This document shows positions 7,826 through 17,519 of a stretch of 44,464 nucleotides of DNA, one piece after another. The translations under genes and the position numbers were made by a program. The notes beneath the pieces were generated by a model, which worked only from the letters and a program-made list of their open reading frames with translations, did no database searches and was not told the origin of the DNA. The stretch lies in contig JAIRMW010000136.1 in assembly GCA_031258415.1 (NCBI GenBank), forward strand, positions 1 to 44,464, read 5' to 3'. Positions within the stretch are counted from its first letter, which is position 1. Each line of letters starts with the position of its first letter. This DNA is from Prevotellaceae bacterium. Its GTDB lineage: Bacteria > Bacteroidota > Bacteroidia > Bacteroidales > UBA932.

Positions 7826-8230
7826 TTAAAATACGAATGTAATTTCCGTTTCAATATCAGGATGCAGACTGTGCCCGACGGGACAGTTGCGGGGTACGGC
7901 TTCGATGATGCGCCGTTCCCGCGCGGAATACGTATTGGGCGGCATGGTGATGACGATGTTGATTTTTGCCACGCGACGCGGATGGTCGGCCATCACTTTG
8001 GTGGTCTCGGCGGTCATGCCGTCGATGGCGAACCCGTGCGTTTCGGCCGCAATCCCCATGATGGTGAAGATACAGCTGGCGAATGACGCCGTAAAAATAT
8101 CCGTAGGCGAAATAAACACGCCCTTGCCGTGATTGTCGAGCGGCGCGTCGGTCATGATTTGTTGTCCCGACGCTACGTGCAGTATCTCGGTGCGTAGCTG
8201 TCCGGTGTACGTTGTTTTAATTGTTGTCAT
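7826..8230 (-). CDS. OsmC-family protein
   Basis: Family-level resemblance (MTTIKTTYTGQLRTE...SFASC...). I place the start at the ATG at 8230 rather than the ORF-track 8269, because the -7 box at 8259-8266 lies downstream of 8269. Confidence 0.65.
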   Translation of the reverse strand: MTTIKTTYTGQLRTEILHVASGQQIMTDAPLDNHGKGVFISPTDIFTASFASCIFTIMGIAAETHGFAIDGMTAETTKVMADHPRRVAKINIVITMPPNTYSARERRIIEAVPRNCPVGHSLHPDIETEITFVF

Positions 8231-8258
8231 AATGAATGAAATAAAATAAAATATAGAA

Positions 8259-8266
8259 CAAATATA
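8259..8266 (-). promoter_or_regulatory. -7 promoter box (TATATTTG on minus strand) for OsmC-SDR operon
   Basis: Plus strand reads caaatata, 29 nt upstream of the ATG at 8230. Confidence 0.45.
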
Positions 8267-8282
8267 CAAAAATATTTTTAGT

Positions 8283-8290
8283 TACCTTTG
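8283..8290 (+). promoter_or_regulatory. -7 promoter box TACCTTTG for mltG
   Basis: gttacctttgcacg. It overlaps the ORF-track TTG start at 8288, which argues for the ATG at 8318. Confidence 0.5.
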
Positions 8291-8317
8291 CACGACAAAT
8301 GCGAACCCAAACATCCG

Positions 8318-9364
8318 ATGAGTTATAAAGCCAAACGTTATTTATTACTGATAATCCTGCTGGTATCCCTGCTGTGTATCGGTTATATTGCCGAGGGGGT
8401 TATCCGTATCTACACGACGTTCTATACCCGCAATGTAACGTCCGACGCGGCGTTGCATATCCCCACCGGCGCCGGATTCGACGGCGTGCTCGACAGCCTG
8501 CGGAGCGCCCGCGTGCTACAGAACGAAAACACTTTTGTCCGCGCCGCGCAGGACGAAAACTATGTGCAGAAAGTGCGTCCGGGACGCTACAAAATCGCCG
8601 CCGGCATGACCAACAAACAACTGATACGTAAACTGAAAACCGGCACGCAGGATGCGGTTAATATCGTCATCGCCGGCCATATCAGGGATAACGGCAAGCT
8701 GGCCGCCATCCTTGCGCGATCCATCGAAATCGACTCCGCCACGCTCTACCACGTACTGTCCGACACCCTCCTGATACGGCGCCTCGGCTACACGCCGGCT
8801 ACGATCCCCGCCATGATTATCCCCAATACCTATCAGGTCTACTGGACGATTTCTGCCGAACAACTCTTGCAGCGCCTGCAAAAGGAGTCGCAGGCATTCT
8901 GGAACGACACGCGCCTCCGGCAAGCCGCTGCCGCAGGCCTGACGCGCGACGAGGTAACGACGCTGGCGTCTATCGTCAATGAGGAAACCAACAAAATCGA
9001 CGAAATGGCTCGCGTCGCCGGCGTCTACATCAACCGGCTGCACCGGCGCATGCCCCTACAGGCCGACCCTACGCTTAAATACGCCTGTCGCGACTTCGCT
9101 ATCAAACGGGTGCTCGACCGCCATAAGGCGATCGAATCGCCCTATAATACCTATAAATACGCGGGACTGCCGCCGGGGCCTATCTGCATCCCGTCGATTG
9201 CCGCTATCGACGCCGTACTCCGGTACGAGCATCACAACTACCTCTATTTTTGCGCCAAGGACGATTTTAGCGGCTACCATCTGTTTGCCGCCACCCTTGC
9301 GCAACACAACCGAAACGCGGAGCAGTACCGGCAGGCACTGAACAGAGAGCGTGTTTTTCGGTGA
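8318..9364 (+). CDS. mltG: Endolytic murein transglycosylase MltG (YceG-like)
   Basis: N-terminal TM helix (YLLLIILLVSLLCIGYI) and the conserved YNTYKYAGLPPGPICIPS block. Confidence 0.85.
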   Translation: MSYKAKRYLLLIILLVSLLCIGYIAEGVIRIYTTFYTRNVTSDAALHIPTGAGFDGVLDSLRSARVLQNENTFVRAAQDENYVQKVRPGRYKIAAGMTNKQLIRKLKTGTQDAVNIVIAGHIRDNGKLAAILARSIEIDSATLYHVLSDTLLIRRLGYTPATIPAMIIPNTYQVYWTISAEQLLQRLQKESQAFWNDTRLRQAAAAGLTRDEVTTLASIVNEETNKIDEMARVAGVYINRLHRRMPLQADPTLKYACRDFAIKRVLDRHKAIESPYNTYKYAGLPPGPICIPSIAAIDAVLRYEHHNYLYFCAKDDFSGYHLFAATLAQHNRNAEQYRQALNRERVFR

Positions 9365-9370
9365 TTTTCC

Positions 9371-9378
9371 TATATTTG
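9371..9378 (+). promoter_or_regulatory. -7 promoter box TATATTTG for relA/spoT
   Basis: cctatatttgcagc, 23 nt upstream of the ATG at 9401. Confidence 0.5.
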
Positions 9379-9400
9379 CAGCGTTTTAATCCCGAGCAAC

Positions 9401-11590
9401 ATGGTAGAACGAAATGAACAATGGTTATTGGATGCGTGCGCTCATTTTGCGGCGCAGGAGCGGGCGCTGATAAGCCGCGCCTGCGGAGAAGCGGCCGCTG
9501 CGCTGGAAGGCGAACGGCGCGAAAACGGCGATCCCCTCCTGTATCACGCCCTGACGGTCGCACGGATGACGGTCGAGGACGTCGGACTGATGGCCGCATC
9601 GGTGGTGGCGGTGCTGCTGCACGAGGCGACGAGGCTCGAGGAAAAAAAAGGAAGCGGAAAAACGCCGAAAGAAATCGCCGCGCTGCAAAAAAGCAGGGAA
9701 GCTGGAATGCGTAAAACGTACGGCGACGAAACGACCGACATCGTCATCGGGCTAAACCGCATTGCGGCCATCGACATCAAGCAGACCAGCCTACAGGCCG
9801 ACAATTTCCGCAAGCTCATCGTCTCCTATTCGACCGATCCGCGCGTGGCGATCATCAAGCTCATCGACCGGCTGGAGGTGATGCGCTCGCTCGATTTTTT
9901 TCCCAAATCGAAACAGCATAAGAAGGCGACCGAGACCCTGCTGCTCTACGCGCCGCTGGCACACCAGTTGGGGCTCTACAATATCAAGTCGGAGATGGAA
10001 GACCGGTCGCTGAAATTCACCGAACCCGAAGCCTACCGGCATATTACGAATAAACTGAAAAGCACGTCGGGCGAGCGCGAGAAGTTTTTGCAGGAAATCA
10101 TCCGCCCTATTGAACTCGCGCTGCAACAGGAAGGAATGCGCTATGAAATCAAAAGCCGGACAAAGTCCGTATATTCCATCTGGAAAAAAATGCAAGTGCA
10201 GAAAATTGATTTTGAAAAAGTCTACGACGTGTTCGCCAGCCGGATCATCATCCACACGCCGCCCCACAGGGAGACGGAAGACGCCGCCTGCTGGAAGGTC
10301 TATTCGCTGGTCGAGAAATATTACGACACCGACATAAGCCGGCTCCGCGACTGGATCAGTAAGCCTAAAAGCAGCGGCTACCGGTCGTTGCATACGACCG
10401 TCAAAACCCGCGACGGCCATGCGCTGGAAGTGCAAATCCGCACCACCTCTATGGACGAGGCCGCCGAGCGCGGCGTGGCGGCGCACTGGAAATATAAGGG
10501 CGTGCAGGATTTGGGGAGCATGCAGACATGGCTCGATCAGGTTCGCCGGCTGCTCGAGGCGCCCGGCGAAGCCGATGAGCAAGCCCTTACTACTATTACG
10601 CTGAATGAAATAATCGTGCTCACGCCTGCCGGCGATTTACGCCGTTTGCCGACAGGCGCTACCGTTCTGGATTTTGCGTTCGACCTGCATACCAATCTGG
10701 GGCTGCACACCGCCGGCGCCAAAGTCAACGGGCGGATGGCGTCCATCAAGGAAGTCCTCCATACCGGCGATATGGTCGAAATCGCCACCGCCAAAAACCA
10801 GCAGCCCACGAGCGACTGGCTCAACCACGTGGTAACGTCGAAAGCGCGGGCTAAGATCAAACAGCGGCTGCGCGAAGAAGAGACCAAACGGGCGCGGGAA
10901 GGCCGCGAACTGCTCGAACGCCGGTTGAAAAACTGGAAGCTCGTCCTCTCCGACGAGGCGCTGAACAAACTGCTGAAGCATTATAAATTGAAAACGATCA
11001 CCGAGCTGTATGCCGGGCTGGCCGGCGCCAAGATCGATATTGCACAGGTGAAGGAAATCATCACGGCGGCGCCGGCCGGCGAGCCGCAGCCCGACCGGAC
11101 TGTGGCCGCAGCCCTCGACGAACGCCCGGCGGCCGACGGCGACTACCTCATTATCGACGAAAAACTGCACAGCGCCGACTATAAACTCGCCAAATGCTGT
11201 AATCCGATCTATGGCGACGACGTCTTCGGGTTCGTTACCGTCGCCGACGGAATTAAAATCCACCGCCACTCGTGCCCCAATGCGGCGCGGCTGCTGGAAA
11301 AGTATCCCTATCGCGTGCTCCGGGCCAAATGGCGGGCGGCGACGCTGGCGACCAACTTTCCGGTCAACCTGCGCATCAGCGGCGACGCCGAACCCGGGCT
11401 TATACCCACCATCACCGAGACCATCACCCGGCTCCACTGCGTCCTGCGATCCGTCAATCTGGCCGACAACGGCAGCGGCGCGTTCAGCGGGCAGGTGCAG
11501 GTGATGGTCAGGGACAACAAGCAACTCGATATGCTCATTCACCACTTGAAGCAATTGCGGGGCGTCGACAGGGTCGGGCGGATCCATTGA
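9401..11590 (+). CDS. relA: RelA/SpoT-family bifunctional (p)ppGpp synthetase/hydrolase
   Basis: 729 aa. N-terminal HD-type region, synthetase block GYRSLHTTV, TGS-like VLTPAGDLRRLPTGATVLDFAF, and an ACT-like C-terminus. Confidence 0.9.
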   Translation: MVERNEQWLLDACAHFAAQERALISRACGEAAAALEGERRENGDPLLYHALTVARMTVEDVGLMAASVVAVLLHEATRLEEKKGSGKTPKEIAALQKSREAGMRKTYGDETTDIVIGLNRIAAIDIKQTSLQADNFRKLIVSYSTDPRVAIIKLIDRLEVMRSLDFFPKSKQHKKATETLLLYAPLAHQLGLYNIKSEMEDRSLKFTEPEAYRHITNKLKSTSGEREKFLQEIIRPIELALQQEGMRYEIKSRTKSVYSIWKKMQVQKIDFEKVYDVFASRIIIHTPPHRETEDAACWKVYSLVEKYYDTDISRLRDWISKPKSSGYRSLHTTVKTRDGHALEVQIRTTSMDEAAERGVAAHWKYKGVQDLGSMQTWLDQVRRLLEAPGEADEQALTTITLNEIIVLTPAGDLRRLPTGATVLDFAFDLHTNLGLHTAGAKVNGRMASIKEVLHTGDMVEIATAKNQQPTSDWLNHVVTSKARAKIKQRLREEETKRAREGRELLERRLKNWKLVLSDEALNKLLKHYKLKTITELYAGLAGAKIDIAQVKEIITAAPAGEPQPDRTVAAALDERPAADGDYLIIDEKLHSADYKLAKCCNPIYGDDVFGFVTVADGIKIHRHSCPNAARLLEKYPYRVLRAKWRAATLATNFPVNLRISGDAEPGLIPTITETITRLHCVLRSVNLADNGSGAFSGQVQVMVRDNKQLDMLIHHLKQLRGVDRVGRIH

Positions 11591-11620
11591 CGCAACGGCG
11601 GCGGGGACGGTCGGGAGGCC

Positions 11621-12619
11621 TCAGGCCTGATCGCGGCCCGGACGCTTCCGACCGACCCACAAGACCGAAATCCACGAGACGACGCCGAAGACAATCATCA
11701 CCAGCGACTGCGTTTCGTGCGAAATCGTAGCGAAGACCACGCCGTTGTGGACGCCGTAGATCAGCAGCGCACACTTGATGAGGAAATGATAGGCGCCGAT
11801 GCCGGCATTCACCGGCGCGACCCAGCCCAATCCGCCGACCACCATCAAAAAGAGGGCGTCGACGGGGCCCAGGTGCATTGTCTCGGGCATGGCAAGCATT
11901 ACGGTAACGGCCTGCAACCAGTAGGCCACCCACAGCAGGGCGGTATAGGCGAAGAATGCGCCCCGCCGCTGTAGGCGGAAGCCGGCTTTCAGTCCGTCGA
12001 GCAGCCCGCGCCAAAGATGCTTGAGCTTACCCGCCGGCGATGTCCGGCGGCGGCGGAACGCCACCACCGCACCGGCAACGACGACCGCCACGCCCGCGGC
12101 GACGTACAGCCAGCCCGCCACGCCGCCGCCGCCGCCGGACGTTTCGACCGGCACGGTCGGCGCCGCCGACACCTCGTGCCAGATCGCGAGGAACACTTCA
12201 AAACGCAACGCCAGCACGCTGGCCGCAATCAGCAGCAGGCATACGGCGTCGAACGCCCGTTCCATCAAAACCGTCCCGAGAAGCGATTCGAACGGGATCT
12301 TTTCCGTCTTCCGCAACGCCCCGCACCGGACGACTTCCCCCATTCGCGGCATCGCAAAGTTGGCGAGATACGTGAGCATCACCGCGTCGTAGGTGTTGCG
12401 GAACGACGGGCGGTAGCCCAGCGGGTGGATAATAAACTGCCAGCGCCGGGCGCGGATCAGGAACGCCGCAAACCCCGAGGCCATCGACGCGGCGATCCAC
12501 CACCCGTTGGCCTGCCCGACGCCCGCAAGCAATTCGCCCCACGAAACGTCCCGGAACGCAAAGTACAGCAACACCCCGCTCAGCGTCAGGACAAGCATAT
12601 ATTGGCCAATTTTTTTCAT
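11621..12619 (-). CDS. Flippase-like / lysylphosphatidylglycerol-synthase transmembrane-domain family membrane protein
   Basis: Polytopic 332-aa protein. N-terminal pattern FRDVSWGELL...RARRWQFIIHPLGYRPSF...MPRMGEVVRCGAL resembles the LPG_synthase_TM/UPF0104 family, recalled from memory. Confidence 0.6.
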   Translation of the reverse strand: MKKIGQYMLVLTLSGVLLYFAFRDVSWGELLAGVGQANGWWIAASMASGFAAFLIRARRWQFIIHPLGYRPSFRNTYDAVMLTYLANFAMPRMGEVVRCGALRKTEKIPFESLLGTVLMERAFDAVCLLLIAASVLALRFEVFLAIWHEVSAAPTVPVETSGGGGGVAGWLYVAAGVAVVVAGAVVAFRRRRTSPAGKLKHLWRGLLDGLKAGFRLQRRGAFFAYTALLWVAYWLQAVTVMLAMPETMHLGPVDALFLMVVGGLGWVAPVNAGIGAYHFLIKCALLIYGVHNGVVFATISHETQSLVMIVFGVVSWISVLWVGRKRPGRDQA

Positions 12620-12679
12620 ATCAGATACCTTCTTGGTGGCCGGTTCACCCTACAGGCAGGGCGCCGTCCGGCACGCATG

Positions 12680-13996
12680 TTAATAAAAAATCCATTTCCA
12701 CAGTTCTTTGAACCCGGGCTTTTTGCCATACATCAGCACCCCGACGCGATAAATCTTGCCCGCGATCCACGCGATCCCCACGAACGTAACCAGCAGCAGC
12801 GACAGCGACAGCGCGACCTCCCGGAACGGTACGCCGAACGGGATGCGGGCCATCATCACCATCGGCGACGTAAACGGGATCATCGAACACCAGAACGACA
12901 GCGGGCTGTTGGGATATTGGAACGTATGGATCATAATCAGCAGCCCGATGATGAGCGGGATCGTAATCGGAACCACTAATTGCTGCGTATCGGTTTCGCT
13001 TTCGACCGCCGACCCGATCGCCGCAAACAGCGACGCATATAGAAAATACCCGAACAGAAAATAACAGATAAACGCCCCGATGATCGCCGCGAAATTCACG
13101 CTCTCGAGCATCGCCCGGAGGTCGGGCGACGCCCCGAGACCTGCCGTCGACGCCCCGGCCACGTCGCCCGGCACCCCGGCCACCCCCGCCGCCGACACCG
13201 CCTCCGGCACGAGGAACCCCTGCATCACCGCGAGGTAGAGCGCCGCCGTCAGCACGACCCAGATACAGAACTGTAGCAGCCCGACGGAGGCGATCCCGAC
13301 GATTTTACCCACCATCAACTGGAATGGCTTAATCGACGACAGGATGATCTCGACAATCCGGCTGGTCTTCTCCTCGATCACGCCCCGCATCACCAAGCTG
13401 CCGAACATCGTGATAAACATATAAATCATCAAACTGAACACATAGGCCACCCCCATATACAGCAGCGTAAAACTCGCTTTCTCCTGCCCCTCGTCGTCCC
13501 AAAGATACGTCTGGACGCTCAGCGGCGTTTTGATAGACGCCAGAATTGCCTCGAGCCCCGGAATAGCATACGACGCTAATTTACGGGCTTCGACCGCCTG
13601 CTCCATCCGGCTCCGAATCCGGTTTTGCACGTCGAGGTTAGTCTGACGGAACGAATACACCCCGATAGCCGGCGGGCGCTCCTCGTCGAGCCGTCCGATA
13701 TCGACGATCGCATACCAGCCCTGCGCCCGAAAAACGCCCTTCAGCGAATCGAGCGACGCCCCGGGGAAGAACACGAACGTCAGCTCGTCGCTATCCGTCA
13801 GCGCCTGAGCCGCCAGCCCCGACCGGTCGATCACCGCCAGCGTCTTTGCCTCGACGTCTTTGAGCGACTGTATCAGAAACGGCACCACCATCAGCGCCGC
13901 CATCAGCACGGGTACCAGAATCGTAGTCAGAATAAACGATTTTTTCCTCACCCGTATGGAAAATTCGCGTTCGATAATTAAAAAAATCTTTTTCAT
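12680..13996 (-). CDS. ABC-2 family transporter permease (NatB-like), no adjacent ATPase
   Basis: Start is at MKKIFLIIEREFSIRVRKKSF (ATG 13996, preceded by a -7 box). One N-terminal TM helix, a large loop, then five or six C-terminal TM helices. The ORF-track extension to 14392 reads through the promoter region. Confidence 0.7.
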   Translation of the reverse strand: MKKIFLIIEREFSIRVRKKSFILTTILVPVLMAALMVVPFLIQSLKDVEAKTLAVIDRSGLAAQALTDSDELTFVFFPGASLDSLKGVFRAQGWYAIVDIGRLDEERPPAIGVYSFRQTNLDVQNRIRSRMEQAVEARKLASYAIPGLEAILASIKTPLSVQTYLWDDEGQEKASFTLLYMGVAYVFSLMIYMFITMFGSLVMRGVIEEKTSRIVEIILSSIKPFQLMVGKIVGIASVGLLQFCIWVVLTAALYLAVMQGFLVPEAVSAAGVAGVPGDVAGASTAGLGASPDLRAMLESVNFAAIIGAFICYFLFGYFLYASLFAAIGSAVESETDTQQLVVPITIPLIIGLLIMIHTFQYPNSPLSFWCSMIPFTSPMVMMARIPFGVPFREVALSLSLLLVTFVGIAWIAGKIYRVGVLMYGKKPGFKELWKWIFY

Positions 13997-14019
13997 CTCC
14001 GGTTGTCTAAAATTGGTTA

Positions 14020-14027
14020 CAAAGATA
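14020..14027 (-). promoter_or_regulatory. -7 promoter box (TATCTTTG on minus strand) for ABC-2 permease
   Basis: Plus strand reads caaagata, 24 nt upstream of the ATG at 13996. Confidence 0.45.
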
Positions 14028-14126
14028 CATTTATTAATGACACCGGCAAAATTGCCCCTCCGCGTGTCGCCCGTGCGCATTTCCCCTCCGGGAATGTAAA
14101 TGCCCTTTTCGAAAATGCCGATTTTC

Positions 14127-14211
14127 TCGCTCCGAGCGAGCTCGACCTCGCTCGGAGTGACAAAATTGTCGCTCGGAGCGACAAAAATCCTCGCTCGGAG
14201 CGACAAAATGG
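14127..14211. repeat. 4 tandem units of about 21 bp carrying TCGCTC-N-GAGCGA palindrome
   Basis: tcgctccgagcgagctcgacc / tcgctcggagtgacaaaattg / tcgctcggagcgacaaaaatcc / tcgctcggagcgacaaaatgg. The array sits between divergent promoters. Confidence 0.85.
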
Positions 14212-14278
14212 CAGTCGGCGACGCCGGACCTCCGGCCGGGTTGAACACCCCCGTGATGCAGAAACCACTATTTTTTTC

Positions 14279-14286
14279 TATCTTTG
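14279..14286 (+). promoter_or_regulatory. -7 promoter box TATCTTTG for acetyl-CoA synthetase (ADP-forming)
   Basis: ttctatctttgtgc, 39 nt upstream of the ATG at 14325. Confidence 0.5.
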
Positions 14287-14324
14287 TGCAAAAAAAAGAT
14301 AAAACCGGCACATATAATTTTACG

Positions 14325-16418
14325 ATGATTACACAGCAGTTGTTGATTCCCAAAAGTATTGCCGTCATCGGCGGCTCGGACGACCTGAGCAAGCCCGGCG
14401 GAAAAGTAGTAAAGAACCTCGTCGACTATGGCTTCCAAGGCGATTTGCATATCGTCAACATAAAGGCCGACAGCGTACAGGGACTCCCCGTGTTCCGCAC
14501 GGTCGAGACCCTGCCGGCGGTCGATCTGGCGATACTGGCCATCCCGGCCCCCCTATGCCCGGCGGCGGTGGCAGTGCTGGCTGAAAAGAAAAAAACCCGG
14601 GCGATCATCGTCTTCTCGGCCGGCTTCCGCGAACAGAGCCCCGACGGCGCGGCGCTGGAAAAACAACTCGTCGATACGGCCAACCGGCACGGCGTCTGCC
14701 TGATAGGACCCAACTGCATCGGCGTGCTCACCCCCCATTATGCCGGCGTATTCACCGCGCCCGTCCCCGAACTCGAACCCGACGGCGTCGATTTTATCAC
14801 CGGCTCGGGCGCCACGGCGGTCTTTATCCTCGACGCCGCCGTGCAAACAGGCCTGCGATTCGCCAACGTCTACTCGGTAGGCAACTGTGCGCAAACCGGC
14901 GTCGAAGACCTGCTCGAACACCTCGACCACTCCTACTGCGACGGCCAAAGCCCCCGCGTCAAAATGCTCTATCTCGAACACATCGACCGGCCGGCGAAAT
15001 TCCTGCACCATGCCTCGTCGCTCGTCCGCAAAGGCGCCCGGATCGTGGCCGTCAAAGCCGGCAGCAGCGAAGCCGGCAGCCGGGCGGCCTCGTCGCATAC
15101 CGGCGCCATGGCCGGCTCCGATACGGCCGTCGACGCCCTCTTCCGAAAAGCCGGCGTCATCCGCTGCCACAGCCGCAACGAACTGATCACCGTCGCCGGC
15201 GTCCTGATGCACCCCCTGCCCCGCGGACGAAACGTCGCCATCGTTACCCACGCCGGAGGCCCCGCCGTCATGCTCGTCGACGAACTCTCGCGCCGCCGAA
15301 TCAACGTCCCGCCCCTCGCCGGCGACAAAGCCCTCGCCCTACAGCAACACCTCTACCCCGGATCGTCGGTCGCCAACCCCATCGACTTCCTCGCCACCGG
15401 CACCGCCCGCCAGTTGCGCTGGATCCTCGACGCCTGCCGCGACGACTTCCCACAGATCGACGCCACGGCGGTGATCTTCGGAAGCCCCGGACTGACGCGC
15501 GTCTTCGACGTCTACAGCGTGATCGACGACCAGATGCGCCGCTCCGACAAACCGATCTATGCCATCATGCCGACCGTAACCAATTCGCGCGAAGAGATAG
15601 CCACGTTTATCGCCCAAGGCCACGTTTGCTTCCCCGACGAGGTACTCTTCGGTCAGGCGCTGGCCAAAGTCGTCGACGCCCAACGCCCCGTCGACGCCCA
15701 ACGCCCCGTCGCCGACCCCGCCGTCGCCGCCCCGCCGCCCCCTCTTCCCGACCCCGCCGCCATCCGCGCCATCATCGCCGCCGCCGCCGACGGCTACCTG
15801 CCCCCCGCCGAAGTCCGGCGCCTCCTCGACGCGGCCGGCATCGCCCGCGCCCCCGAAGCGACCGCCGCCTCGTCGAGCGAGGCCGTCCGCGCCGCCACGC
15901 GCCTCGGATTCCCCCTCGCCATGAAAGTCGTCGGCCCGATCCACAAATCCGACGTGGGCGGCGTCGCCCTGAATATCCCCGACGCTGCCGCCGTCGCCCG
16001 CGAATACGACCGGCTGATGCAAATCCCCGGCGTCGTCGGCGTACTGCTGCAGCCGATGGTCGGCGGTCTGCCCCTGTTTGCCGGCGCCAAACGCGAACCC
16101 CCCTTCGGACATGTCGTCCTCTGCGGATTGGGCGGCGTCTTCGTCGAAGTCCTGCACGACGTCAGCGCCGGCCTCGCTCCCCTCGCCGCCGACGAAGCCC
16201 TCGACATGATCCGCCGGCTCCGAGGCTACCAAATCATCCGGGGCATCCGCGGGCAGCAACCCGTCGACGAAACCGCCTTCGCCGACGTCGTCGCACGAGT
16301 CGCTGCCCTCTGCGACGCCGCCCCCGAAATAGCCGAAATGGACCTCAACCCCCTATTGGGAAATGTCACAAACGTCATAGCCGTCGATGCGCGGATCCGC
16401 ATCCTGCGCGACGCCTGA
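14325..16418 (+). CDS. Acetate--CoA ligase family protein (ADP-forming acyl-CoA synthetase; CoA-binding + SCS-like + ATP-grasp)
   Basis: Start is at MITQQLLIPKSIAVIGGSDDLSKPGG (CoA-binding). GPNCIGV, the phosphohistidine-type SHTGAMAG, and a C-terminal ATP-grasp region (LAMKVVGPIHKSDVGGVALNI). The upstream part of the ORF-track ORF (14100) is promoter and repeat sequence. Confidence 0.85.
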   Translation: MITQQLLIPKSIAVIGGSDDLSKPGGKVVKNLVDYGFQGDLHIVNIKADSVQGLPVFRTVETLPAVDLAILAIPAPLCPAAVAVLAEKKKTRAIIVFSAGFREQSPDGAALEKQLVDTANRHGVCLIGPNCIGVLTPHYAGVFTAPVPELEPDGVDFITGSGATAVFILDAAVQTGLRFANVYSVGNCAQTGVEDLLEHLDHSYCDGQSPRVKMLYLEHIDRPAKFLHHASSLVRKGARIVAVKAGSSEAGSRAASSHTGAMAGSDTAVDALFRKAGVIRCHSRNELITVAGVLMHPLPRGRNVAIVTHAGGPAVMLVDELSRRRINVPPLAGDKALALQQHLYPGSSVANPIDFLATGTARQLRWILDACRDDFPQIDATAVIFGSPGLTRVFDVYSVIDDQMRRSDKPIYAIMPTVTNSREEIATFIAQGHVCFPDEVLFGQALAKVVDAQRPVDAQRPVADPAVAAPPPPLPDPAAIRAIIAAAADGYLPPAEVRRLLDAAGIARAPEATAASSSEAVRAATRLGFPLAMKVVGPIHKSDVGGVALNIPDAAAVAREYDRLMQIPGVVGVLLQPMVGGLPLFAGAKREPPFGHVVLCGLGGVFVEVLHDVSAGLAPLAADEALDMIRRLRGYQIIRGIRGQQPVDETAFADVVARVAALCDAAPEIAEMDLNPLLGNVTNVIAVDARIRILRDA

Positions 16419-16484
16419 CCGCCAACCGCCCTGCGCCCCCGCATCGCCGCCGTAGCCCCTCCCAAACGAACACCCCCCACAGGA

Positions 16485-17513
16485 ATGAAGAAAATACACT
16501 CGCTCAATTTGCCGGACGGACGGGTAGTGCCGGTCGTTACGGGGCTTGCCCCCGACGAACTCGCCGAATACCTCCCCGCGCCCGCCACCGTCGTCGCCCT
16601 TGTCGATAAACAGGTCGAACCGTGGTTCGGACGCTGCTTTGCCGGCATTCCCTATATCACGATGGTCGCCGACGAACGCCTCAAAACCCTGACAACCCTC
16701 GAACAACTGACCGCCGGCCTGCTCGCCGCCGGCGCCGACCGCTCCACCTTCCTGCTGGGCGTGGGCGGCGGCTTAGTATGCGATATGACCGGCTTCCTCG
16801 CCGCCACCTACATGCGCGGCCTCGCCTTCGGACTGGCGCCGACCACCCTGCTGGCGCAAGTCGACGCCGCCCTGGGCGGAAAAAACGGAATCAACGTCCA
16901 AGGCTATAAAAATATGCTCGGCACCTTCACGCAGCCCGCCTTCGTGCTCTGCTCCACCGACGCCCTCGCCTCGCTCAGCGACCGCCTCTACCTCGCCGGA
17001 TTAGCCGAAATCATCAAAATCGCCATAGCCTGCGACGCCTCGCTGTTTGCCCTGATAGAACAGCGCGCCGACGCCATCGCCGCCCGCCGCCACACCACGC
17101 TCGACGAAATCGTCCGCCGCGCCGTAGACCTGAAAATAGCCGTCGTCGAACGCGACGAAAAAGAAAAAGGCGAACGGCGCAAACTGAACCTGGGTCATAC
17201 CGTCGGCCACGCCATCGAACGCGCTGCCGACGACGTCCTGCATGGCGAAGCCGTCAGTATCGGCCTGGCCTACGCCGCCCACTTCTCGCACAAACAGGGC
17301 TGGCTCGCCGCCGACGACCGGGATCGCATTATCGCCCTGCTACGCCGATTCCGCCTGCCGGTTACGTGCGCCATCCCCGCCGCCGACCTGCACGACGCCA
17401 TCCTCCGCGATAAGAAAAAAAGCGGCCTGCGCCTGCACTATATCGCCTTAGAGGCGATAGGCAAAGCCGTAGAGGTGGCCGTCGACCTGTCCGACCGCGA
17501 CGTATTTCTATAA
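16485..17513 (+). CDS. aroB: 3-dehydroquinate synthase
   Basis: GVGGGLVCDMTGFLAATYMRG, LLAQVDAALGGKNGIN, and the metal-site motifs LNLGHTVGHAIE and HGEAVSIG. Confidence 0.9.
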   Translation: MKKIHSLNLPDGRVVPVVTGLAPDELAEYLPAPATVVALVDKQVEPWFGRCFAGIPYITMVADERLKTLTTLEQLTAGLLAAGADRSTFLLGVGGGLVCDMTGFLAATYMRGLAFGLAPTTLLAQVDAALGGKNGINVQGYKNMLGTFTQPAFVLCSTDALASLSDRLYLAGLAEIIKIAIACDASLFALIEQRADAIAARRHTTLDEIVRRAVDLKIAVVERDEKEKGERRKLNLGHTVGHAIERAADDVLHGEAVSIGLAYAAHFSHKQGWLAADDRDRIIALLRRFRLPVTCAIPAADLHDAILRDKKKSGLRLHYIALEAIGKAVEVAVDLSDRDVFL

Positions 17514-17519
17514 TCGGTG

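Noticed and set aside
12680-13996. Looked for the partner ABC ATPase of the ABC-2 permease, and for a histidine kinase partner of the sigma-54 regulator at 21552-22721.
   Set aside because: Neither is present in the flanks. Orphan arrangements are common in Bacteroidota, so this is noted in the features but not scored as a finding.
12680-14392. ORF-track 570-aa version of the ABC-2 permease, 772-aa version of the acyl-CoA synthetase (14100..16418) and 429-aa version of the response regulator (21552..22841).
   Set aside because: The N-terminal extensions run through promoter boxes, repeat arrays or the divergent gene's upstream region. Conserved N-termini with proper upstream -7 boxes begin at 13996, 14325 and 22721 respectively.
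15626-16609. 327-aa Pro/Arg-rich ORF (RRPTPRRRPRRRR...).
   Set aside because: It is an alternative frame of the GC-rich acyl-CoA synthetase gene with extreme low-complexity composition, and is not a real protein.
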